Shown here in pieces: positions 54,295 through 64,000 of a stretch of 64,000 nucleotides of DNA (position 1 is its first letter; every line of letters starts with the position of its first letter). The notes under the pieces were generated by a model. It ran no database searches and was not told where the DNA came from. It worked only from the letters and a program-made list of their open reading frames with translations. This DNA comes from Escherichia coli (GTDB lineage Bacteria > Pseudomonadota > Gammaproteobacteria > Enterobacterales > Enterobacteriaceae), in NCBI RefSeq assembly GCF_016026235.1, contig NZ_CP065613.1. One strand, written 5' to 3'. A program made the translations under genes and the position numbers.

Positions 54295-54627
54295 TTGAAA
54301 TCTCTTGGTTTATGTTGTCGTCAGGCTCATGCCGGAGGAGGGTGATGAGCGATTATATTTAGTGTGCGAATAATTTTGTTTGTAAATGCAAATGAGAAAT
54401 ATACGCATTCATATTTGTCGTGTAAACCAAACAGAGAATGTCTTTTCAGCGCATTCGCAGGCAGAAATGGGAATAATGGCGATATATACGGCAGCAAAAC
54501 GATTTTTTGCTTAAGAAATCGTGAGTTAAGGTTGAAAGAGCAGGTTTAACTCGACCATACTCTATACTCGCAGTGTGGCGCGGCGTAGCATGGCGCAACG
54601 CATGGCTATTTGAAAAAGGAAAATGTC

Positions 54628-54987
54628 GTGGCAGAAGAAACTATATTCAGCAAAATTATTCGTCGTGAGATCCCCTCCGATATCGTCTACCAGGATGATC
54701 TGGTAACGGCGTTTCGCGATATTTCGCCGCAAGCGCCAACGCATATTCTGATCATTCCGAATATCCTCATTCCGACTGTGAACGACGTGTCAGCTGAGCA
54801 TGAGCAGGCGCTGGGACGCATGATCACCGTAGCGGCAAAAATTGCTGAGCAAGAAGGTATTGCCGAAGATGGCTATCGTCTGATCATGAATACCAACCGC
54901 CATGGCGGACAAGAGGTTTACCACATTCATATGCACTTGTTGGGTGGCCGTCCGCTGGGACCAATGCTGGCGCATAAAGGTCTGTAA
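54628..54987 (+). CDS. hinT: Purine nucleoside phosphoramidase HinT (GTG start)
   Basis: 119 aa from (M)[15 protein letters not shown] with HIT motif HIHMHLL. Confidence 0.92.
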   Translation: MAEETIFSKIIRREIPSDIVYQDDLVTAFRDISPQAPTHILIIPNILIPTVNDVSAEHEQALGRMITVAAKIAEQEGIAEDGYRLIMNTNRHGGQEVYHIHMHLLGGRPLGPMLAHKGL

Positions 54988-54989
54988 CG

Positions 54990-55367
54990 ATGAGAAAAGG
55001 ATGCTTTGGGCTGGTGTCTCTGGCGTTGTTACTGCTGGTGGGCTGTCGTTCACATCCGGAAATTCCGGTGAATGATGAGCAATCGCTGGTGATGGAGTCA
55101 TCTTTATTGGCTGCGGGCATTAGTGCAGAAAAGCCCGTCCTTTCGACGTCTGATATTCAACCTTCAGCATCCTCAACGCTTTATAACGAAAGGCAAGAAC
55201 CCGTTACCGTTCATTATCGTTTTTACTGGTATGACGCCAGAGGGCTGGAGATGCATCCTCTGGAAAGGCCACGCAGCGTTACCATTCCCGCACATTCGGC
55301 GGTAACGCTGTACGGCAGCGCCAATTTTCTGGGGGCGCACAAAGTCAGACTTTATCTATATTTGTAA
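54990..55367 (+). CDS. ycfL: Lipoprotein YcfL
   Basis: 125 aa with lipobox LLVGC. Confidence 0.92.
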   Translation: MRKGCFGLVSLALLLLVGCRSHPEIPVNDEQSLVMESSLLAAGISAEKPVLSTSDIQPSASSTLYNERQEPVTVHYRFYWYDARGLEMHPLERPRSVTIPAHSAVTLYGSANFLGAHKVRLYLYL

Positions 55368-55380
55368 GGGGTGAATCTTG

Positions 55381-56002
55381 ATGACAAAAATGAGTCGCTA
55401 CGCCTTGATTACCGCGCTGGCGATGTTTCTCGCCGGGTGTGTGGGGCAACGTGAACCTGCACCGGTAGAAGAAGTGAAACCAGCGCCGGAACAACCAGCC
55501 GAGCCACAACAGCCTGTCCCCACAGTGCCCTCGGTGCCGACGATCCCGCAGCAGCTAGGCCCAATTGAGCACGAAGATCAAACTGCACCGCCTGCGCCGC
55601 ATATTCGCCATTATGACTGGAATGGCGCAATGCAGCCGATGGTCAGTAAGATGCTTGGGGCTGACGGGGTGACTGCGGGTAGCGTCCTGCTGGTTGATAG
55701 CGTTAACAACCGTACTAACGGTTCGCTGAATGCCGCAGAAGCGACCGAAACGCTGCGAAATGCGCTGGCTAATAACGGGAAATTTACCCTGGTTTCCGCC
55801 CAGCAGCTGTCGATGGCTAAGCAACAGTTAGGTTTGTCGCCGCAGGACAGTTTAGGCACCCGTAGTAAAGCCATAGGCATTGCCCGCAATGTCGGCGCTC
55901 ATTACGTGCTGTACTCCAGCGCCTCTGGCAACGTTAATGCTCCGACCCTACAAATGCAGCTGATGCTGGTGCAGACGGGCGAAATTATCTGGTCAGGTAA
56001 AG

Positions 56003-56022
<20 letters not shown>
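55381..56022 (+). CDS. lpoB: Penicillin-binding protein activator LpoB
   Basis: 213 aa from [20 protein letters not shown]. Confidence 0.92.
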
Positions 56023-57863
<1,841 letters not shown>

Positions 57864-57885
57864 CCCTGGCTTATGTGAGGAAGCG

Positions 57886-58428
57886 ATGATTATCTATTTA
57901 CACGGTTTTGACTCTAACAGTCCGGGTAACCACGAGAAAGTCTTACAATTGCAGTTTATTGACCCGGATGTACGCTTGATAAGCTACAGTACGCGGCATC
58001 CGAAACATGATATGCAGCATCTGCTTAAAGAAGTGGACAAAATGTTGCAACTGAACGTTGACGAGCGTCCGCTAATTTGCGGCGTTGGCCTGGGCGGATA
58101 CTGGGCGGAACGGATTGGTTTTCTTTGCGACATCCGCCAGGTGATCTTCAACCCTAATTTGTTCCCTTATGAGAACATGGAAGGCAAGATTGATCGCCCG
58201 GAAGAGTATGCCGATATTGCCACTAAGTGTGTGACCAACTTCCGCGAGAAGAATCGCGATCGTTGTCTGGTTATTTTGTCGCGTAATGATGAAGCACTTA
58301 ACAGCCAGCGGACATCTGAAGAGTTGCATCATTATTACGAGATTGTCTGGGACGAAGAGCAGACGCACAAATTCAAGAATATCTCCCCGCATTTACAGCG
58401 CATTAAAGCGTTCAAAACCCTCGGGTAA
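57886..58428 (+). CDS. ycfP: Esterase-like protein YcfP
   Basis: 180 aa from [18 protein letters not shown]. Confidence 0.92.
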
Positions 58429-58437
58429 ATGCCCTCG

Positions 58438-58565
58438 TCGCATCAGGTAACCTTGCCGGTACCTGATGCGCTCCGAATTCTGTAAGTCGGATAAGGCGTC
58501 CACGCCGCATCCGACAGTCGAGCATCAATGCCTGATGCGATGCTGCGCATCTTATCAGGACGACC
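58438..58565. repeat. REP-type palindromic units between ycfP and ndh
   Basis: Several units such as CGGATAAGGCGTCCACGCCGCATCCG and GCATCAGG...CCTGATGC read directly. Confidence 0.7.
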
Positions 58566-58835
58566 AAACGCCCTCGATATACGCTTCACCCTATATTACT
58601 CTTCCGAATTTGCTCAAATAATAAACAATAAACTCTATTTTTTGATCTCACCCGGTAAAGTCGCCTATCTTTTCAGCAACAAAACTTGATTAACATCAAT
58701 TTTGGTATGACCAATGCACCATTCATGTTATTCTCAATAGCGAAGAACATTTTCATTGCTGTAACCTGTTGTTAATTAAGAGCTATGTTAATAACCATTA
58801 ATTAACAATTGGTTAATAAATTTAAGGGGGTCACG

Positions 58836-60140
58836 TTGACTACGCCATTGAAAAAAATTGTGATTGTCGGCGGCGGTGCTGGTGGGCTGGAAATGGCAAC
58901 ACAGCTGGGGCATAAGCTGGGACGCAAGAAAAAAGCCAAAATTACGCTGGTCGATCGTAACCACAGCCATCTGTGGAAACCGCTGCTGCACGAAGTGGCG
59001 ACTGGCTCGCTTGATGAAGGCGTCGATGCGTTGAGCTATCTGGCCCATGCGCGCAATCATGGTTTCCAGTTCCAGTTGGGTTCCGTCATTGATATTGATC
59101 GTGAAGCGAAAACAATCACTATTGCAGAACTGCGCGATGAGAAAGGTGAACTGCTGGTTCCGGAACGTAAAATCGCCTATGACACCCTGGTAATGGCGCT
59201 GGGTAGCACCTCTAACGATTTCAATACGCCAAGTGTCAAAGAGAACTGCATTTTCCTCGATAACCCGCACCAGGCGCGTCGCTTCCACCAGGAGATGCTG
59301 AATCTGTTCCTGAAATACTCCGCCAACCTGGGCGCGAATGGTAAAGTGAACATTGCGATTGTCGGCGGCGGCGCGACGGGTGTAGAACTCTCCGCTGAAT
59401 TGCACAATGCGGTCAAGCAACTGCACAGCTACGGTTACAAAGGCCTGACCAACGAAGCCCTGAACGTAACGCTGGTAGAAGCGGGAGAACGTATTTTGCC
59501 TGCATTACCGCCACGTATCTCTGCTGCGGCCCACAACGAGCTAACGAAACTTGGCGTTCGCGTGCTGACGCAAACCATGGTCACCAGTGCTGATGAAGGC
59601 GGCCTGCACACGAAAGATGGCGAATATATTGAGGCTGATCTGATGGTATGGGCAGCCGGGATCAAAGCGCCAGACTTCCTGAAAGATATCGGTGGTCTTG
59701 AAACTAACCGTATCAACCAGCTGGTGGTGGAACCGACGCTGCAAACCACTCGCGATCCAGACATTTACGCTATTGGCGACTGCGCGTCATGCCCACGTCC
59801 GGAAGGGGGCTTTGTTCCGCCGCGTGCTCAGGCTGCACACCAGATGGCGACCTGCGCAATGAACAACATTCTGGCGCAGATGAACGGTAAGCCGCTGAAA
59901 AATTATCAGTATAAAGATCATGGTTCACTGGTATCGCTGTCGAATTTCTCCACCGTTGGTAGCCTGATGGGTAACCTGACGCGCGGCTCAATGATGATTG
60001 AAGGACGAATTGCGCGCTTTGTATATATCTCGCTATACCGAATGCATCAGATTGCGCTGCATGGTTACTTTAAAACCGGATTAATGATGCTGGTGGGGAG
60101 TATTAACCGCGTTATCCGTCCGCGTTTGAAGTTGCATTAA
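58836..60140 (+). CDS. ndh: Type II NADH:quinone oxidoreductase Ndh (TTG start)
   Basis: 434 aa from (M)[18 protein letters not shown]. Confidence 0.93.
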   Translation: MTTPLKKIVIVGGGAGGLEMATQLGHKLGRKKKAKITLVDRNHSHLWKPLLHEVATGSLDEGVDALSYLAHARNHGFQFQLGSVIDIDREAKTITIAELRDEKGELLVPERKIAYDTLVMALGSTSNDFNTPSVKENCIFLDNPHQARRFHQEMLNLFLKYSANLGANGKVNIAIVGGGATGVELSAELHNAVKQLHSYGYKGLTNEALNVTLVEAGERILPALPPRISAAAHNELTKLGVRVLTQTMVTSADEGGLHTKDGEYIEADLMVWAAGIKAPDFLKDIGGLETNRINQLVVEPTLQTTRDPDIYAIGDCASCPRPEGGFVPPRAQAAHQMATCAMNNILAQMNGKPLKNYQYKDHGSLVSLSNFSTVGSLMGNLTRGSMMIEGRIARFVYISLYRMHQIALHGYFKTGLMMLVGSINRVIRPRLKLH

Positions 60141-60154
60141 TCGACGTACACTGG

Positions 60155-60245
60155 CGGATGTGGCATAAACGCCTCATCCGCCCTGGACAAATGGTACGAG
60201 CGGTAGGCCTGATAAGACGCGTTAAGCGTCGCATCAGGCATTCCT
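60155..60245. repeat. REP-type palindromic unit downstream of ndh
   Basis: GCCTGATAAGACGCGTTAAGCGTCGCATCAGGC read directly. Confidence 0.65.
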
Positions 60246-60366
60246 TCAGACTCCTCCGAATCCTTAAGTATTTCCAGCCATTCCCGCGCTTTTCATCTTC
60301 TGTCTGATAGCTGCTTTTCTCCTTCGCTTGCATGATTGGCATAACTGCAAAGAAGGAGGTGTTCCC

Positions 60367-60906
60367 GTGAATAAATCAATGTTGGCGGGTATCGGGATTG
60401 GTGTCGCAGCTGCGCTGGGCGTAGCGGCAGTGGCCAGTCTGAACGTGTTTGAACGGGGCCCGCAATACGCTCAGGTTGTTTCTGCAACCCCAATCAAGGA
60501 AACGGTTAAAACACCGCGTCAGGAGTGTCGCAACGTCACAGTGACCCATCGTCGACCGGTGCAGGATGAAAATCGCATTACCGGGTCGGTGCTCGGCGCT
60601 GTTGCTGGCGGCGTGATAGGGCATCAGTTTGGTGGTGGTCGTGGTAAAGATGTCGCCACTGTTGTGGGGGCGCTGGGTGGTGGATATGCCGGTAACCAGA
60701 TCCAGGGCTCTCTCCAGGAAAGCGATACTTACACGACTACGCAACAGCGTTGTAAAACGGTGTATGACAAGTCAGAAAAAATGCTCGGTTATGATGTGAC
60801 CTATAAGATTGGCGATCAGCAGGGCAAAATCCGCATGGACCGCGATCCGGGTACGCAGATCCCGCTAGATAGTAACGGGCAACTGATTTTGAATAACAAA
60901 GTATAA
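60367..60906 (+). CDS. ycfJ: Glycine-zipper membrane protein YcfJ (GTG start)
   Basis: 179 aa from (M)NKSMLAGIGIGVAAALGVAAVA. Confidence 0.9.
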   Translation: MNKSMLAGIGIGVAAALGVAAVASLNVFERGPQYAQVVSATPIKETVKTPRQECRNVTVTHRRPVQDENRITGSVLGAVAGGVIGHQFGGGRGKDVATVVGALGGGYAGNQIQGSLQESDTYTTTQQRCKTVYDKSEKMLGYDVTYKIGDQQGKIRMDRDPGTQIPLDSNGQLILNNKV

Positions 60907-60927
60907 CAAGGCTGTACTCTGCAATTT

Positions 60928-60963
60928 GGCCCCTCATTCGCTCAGGCTGAGGGGCTTTTTTTG
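60928..60963 (+). terminator. Rho-independent terminator downstream of ycfJ
   Basis: Stem CCCCTCA...TGAGGGG followed by a T-run. Confidence 0.65.
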
Positions 60964-60967
60964 CGAC

Positions 60968-61600
60968 TTATTTCACCAGTTCGGGCCATAAACGCAAAGT
61001 CGTTCCGGCAATCTGCATCAGTTTTTCCAGCGATGCACCTTCGCGTGCGCTGATCGACATCCCCTGAATAATACAATTAAGGAATTCTGCCAGATGTGTC
61101 ACGTCACAGTGGGTCGGGATTTCCCCGCGCGCTTGTCGTTGACATAAAAACTGCTGCAAAGTGCGCTCTTGCATCGCATGGCGTGATTTCAACGTATTGG
61201 CGATATCTCCTGAATCTGGGGAGAGGGTGGTGCAGTTGTTGATCATGAAGCAGCCTGCCGGGGTGTCTTTGCTGGTAAAGCAGTTGGCGATGGCAGCAAA
61301 ATAGTCAGCCAGCGCAGACTCCACGCTTTTCTCTTCACAAAACAGCTGTGCTTCATGCTTAGCGGCAAAACGATCGATATAGCGGTCGAGAACGGCACGA
61401 AATAACCCCTCTTTGTTGGTAAATTCCGCGTATAGCGTGGGCGCTTTGGCTCCGGTCGCTTCGACGAGGTCCGCAAGAGAAGTCGCTTCATAACCGTGTT
61501 GCCAGAACAATTTCATGGCCTTATCAAGCGCGGCATCCCTGTCGAACACTTTTGGGCGGCCACGGCTTTTTTTTACACATTGTGTTGAGTCAGTTGCCAT
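60968..61600 (-). CDS. comR: TetR-family transcriptional repressor ComR (YcfQ)
   Basis: 210 aa from MATDSTQCVKKSRGRPKVFD with N-terminal HTH. Confidence 0.92.
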   Translation of the reverse strand: MATDSTQCVKKSRGRPKVFDRDAALDKAMKLFWQHGYEATSLADLVEATGAKAPTLYAEFTNKEGLFRAVLDRYIDRFAAKHEAQLFCEEKSVESALADYFAAIANCFTSKDTPAGCFMINNCTTLSPDSGDIANTLKSRHAMQERTLQQFLCQRQARGEIPTHCDVTHLAEFLNCIIQGMSISAREGASLEKLMQIAGTTLRLWPELVK

Positions 61601-61840
61601 GATGCCGTTGTACCTGGTGACTGTGAATGAAAGGTTATTATAAAAATAATCACCTCCGTTCACCAGTCCAGATCCCATAAAAATAATTGCTTTCTATTTA
61701 ACTGAAATATAAAGATTTTTAAATTAATTAATGATCGTTATAAAAAATATCTTGTATGTGATCCAGATCACATCTATCATTTAGTTATCGATCATTAAGT
61801 AATTTCTTGCGACGTCATTCATCTGCATAAGGCCACTATT

Positions 61841-62098
61841 ATGAAAAACGTAAAAACCCTCATCGCTGCGGCGATTTTAAGCTCCATGTCATTTGCCAGC
61901 TTTGCGGCTGTCGAAGTTCAGTCAACGCCAGAAGGCCAACAAAAAGTCGGTACAATCAGTGCTAACGCGGGGACAAATCTGGGATCGCTGGAAGAGCAGC
62001 TGGCGCAAAAAGCGGATGAGATGGGCGCAAAATCTTTCCGTATTACTTCTGTAACCGGTCCGAATACCCTCCATGGAACAGCAGTAATTTATAAATAA
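61841..62098 (+). CDS. bhsA: Stress-response outer membrane protein BhsA (YcfR)
   Basis: 85 aa with signal peptide MKNVKTLIAAAILSSMSFASFA. Confidence 0.93.
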   Translation: MKNVKTLIAAAILSSMSFASFAAVEVQSTPEGQQKVGTISANAGTNLGSLEEQLAQKADEMGAKSFRITSVTGPNTLHGTAVIYK

Positions 62099-62136
62099 GC
62101 ATTAACCCTCATTAATGCCTGCTACTGCTGATTTTT

Positions 62137-62171
62137 TCCCCGCGACATGCCGTGTCGCGGGGATTTTTTTT
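62137..62171 (+). terminator. Rho-independent terminator downstream of bhsA
   Basis: Stem CCCCGCGACA / TGTCGCGGGG followed by TTTTTTTT. Confidence 0.7.
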
Positions 62172-62180
62172 ATCCAGGAT

Positions 62181-63143
62181 TTACAGAGTTTGTGGGCTCA
62201 CTTGATGACGGCGGACATCCACCGGCATCCCGGAACGGACATCCATCACATGTTGCATCACTTCAGCGTCAGTTTGTGCTGCATCTTTAAATGATTGCAT
62301 TGCGCTATTCAGCGTAATTGGCAGCAGCTGCGGATCGTCATCAATCTTCTCTGACAGCGGCTGATGTACTTCAACCAGACGCGCACCGTTTGGTTCGGCA
62401 GAGACTTTTATCGGAGTGTTGATGATATTCACTTTGGTGCCTGGGGTGACCTGGCTAAAGAGTGTTTTGATATCGTCATCCCGCAGACGAATACAGCCAG
62501 AACTTACCCGCATGCCAATGCCGAAATCGGCGTTCGTACCGTGAAGCAAATAAACGCCGCCATAGGCCGCCAGACGAATCGCATGATGGCCCATTGGGTT
62601 ATCCGGTCCAGCCGGCACTACCGCAGGCAACTCAATTCCCTGTGCTTTATAACGGGCGCGGATGTTTGCCGTTGGCGTCCAGGTTGGGTTTGCACGTTTG
62701 TCTGAAACGGTGGTCACCATTGTCGGTGTCAGCGTGTCACCACCTAACTGACCAATACCTATTGGATACACGGTTACCGAATTTTTACCCGGCGGGTAGT
62801 AATAGAGACGCAGCTCCGCAATGTTGATCACAATGCCTTCGCGCGGCGCGTCTGGAAGTAGGGTTTGCAACGGGATCGTTAACACGCTGCCCGCGCGCGG
62901 TACGTAAGGATCAACGCTGGGGTTAGCCTGTAACAGAGCGAGAAAGCCGACGTTATATTTTTTGGCGATGGCTTCCAGAGAACCACCGTCATTTTCCACC
63001 ACATGAAATTTGTTTTCGCCAACCAGACGACTGCTCGCTGGCGGCAGCGGCCAGGTGTTGGCTTTTGCCGGTAGCGCCAGCGCCACGGCAGCGGCGAACG
63101 TAAAAAACGTTAGCCAGCGAGAAAAACGCGTTTTGATCATCAC
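62181..63143 (-). CDS. ldtC: L,D-transpeptidase LdtC (YcfS); start codon uncertain
   Basis: About 320 aa with signal peptide; candidate starts GTG at 63143 or ATG at 63140. Confidence 0.9.
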   Translation of the reverse strand: MMIKTRFSRWLTFFTFAAAVALALPAKANTWPLPPASSRLVGENKFHVVENDGGSLEAIAKKYNVGFLALLQANPSVDPYVPRAGSVLTIPLQTLLPDAPREGIVINIAELRLYYYPPGKNSVTVYPIGIGQLGGDTLTPTMVTTVSDKRANPTWTPTANIRARYKAQGIELPAVVPAGPDNPMGHHAIRLAAYGGVYLLHGTNADFGIGMRVSSGCIRLRDDDIKTLFSQVTPGTKVNIINTPIKVSAEPNGARLVEVHQPLSEKIDDDPQLLPITLNSAMQSFKDAAQTDAEVMQHVMDVRSGMPVDVRRHQVSPQTL

Positions 63144-63286
63144 CAAAAATCCATAATAAATATAAGGTTATTGTAATAAACAGATAAGCCTGAATTATGG
63201 ATGGTGACAGTGTCGGATAGTGCAGGGAAGTGCAAAGAATTTGTAAATGTTGCAGATGGGGGCGCAGAAACGCCCCCGATTTACCA

Positions 63287-64000
63287 TTAAGCGATCGCGT
63301 TCTCTTCCAGTTCACGCATAAACTGGCGTACCCATTCGATACGCGTTTTCCGCTCACTCAAATCCTGAATAAATTTCAGGCGCGTCGGACCATCAAGGCG
63401 GTAATGCTGCGGCTGTTTTTGCAGCAAACCAATCAACCAGGCCGGATTAACGTGATTCTTCTCGGCAAATTCGATCACCCCGCCTTTCTCATTACCTTCC
63501 AGCTTCCTGATCCCCAGTTTCTGCGCTTGCTGGCGCAGACGGGCAATATCCAGCAGGGTACGCGCCGGATCTGGCAGCAGGCCGAAGCGATCGATAAGCT
63601 CGACTTTGATCTCTTCCAGTTCGTTTTCCGTTTTGGCGCTGGCAATACGTTTATAGAACGACAAACGCGTATTCACGTCAGGAATGAAATCATCTGGCAA
63701 TAGCGACGGCATCCGCAGCTCGACCTCTGTTTGCTGGCTGGTGAGATCTTCCAGCGACGGCTCGCGTCCGGCTTTCAGTGCATCGACGGCGTTTTCCAGC
63801 AACTCCATATACAGCGAGAAACCGATGGTTTCCATTGAGCCGCTTTGTTCTTCGCCAAGCAGTTCACCCGCGCCGCGAATCTCCAGATCGTGCGTTGCCA
63901 GCGCAAAACCTGCCCCGAGATCTTCCAGCGAGGCAATCGCTTCAAGACGTTTTTGCGCATCGGTAGTCATCGCTTTTGGATGCGGTGTCAGCAACCATGC
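63287..64000 (-). CDS. mfd: Transcription-repair coupling factor Mfd, 3' part only (gene continues beyond window end)
   Basis: C-terminal sequence ending ...RKTRIEWVRQFMRELEENAIA; the frame is open to the window edge. Confidence 0.9.
   Translation of the reverse strand, partial: AWLLTPHPKAMTTDAQKRLEAIASLEDLGAGFALATHDLEIRGAGELLGEEQSGSMETIGFSLYMELLENAVDALKAGREPSLEDLTSQQTEVELRMPSLLPDDFIPDVNTRLSFYKRIASAKTENELEEIKVELIDRFGLLPDPARTLLDIARLRQQAQKLGIRKLEGNEKGGVIEFAEKNHVNPAWLIGLLQKQPQHYRLDGPTRLKFIQDLSERKTRIEWVRQFMRELEENAIA

Overview
The window is an Escherichia coli/Shigella-type chromosomal segment with K-12-like gene order from mdtG to mfd, including lpxL, pyrC, the flgNMA/flgB-L flagellar cluster, rne, the plsX-fab-acpP cluster, ptsG, fhuE and ndh. 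The first ~8.1 kb is accessory DNA: the right end of a prophage or prophage remnant inserted inside the mdtG coding sequence. It carries a tail tape-measure gene split by IS911, a second phage gene split by a 2.58 kb IS21-family element, and a large serine recombinase next to the junction with mdtG. In the core region, flgC carries an in-frame TAG stop at codon 50, and yceH and mviM (yceM) are fused into one 497-codon ORF. I did not find a convincing novel defence or other multi-gene system; the accessory DNA is explained by phage structural genes, two IS elements and the recombinase. No CRISPR array, tRNA or rRNA gene was seen. All calls rest on reading the sequence and ORF track plus recalled protein sequences and lengths; no database search was run.
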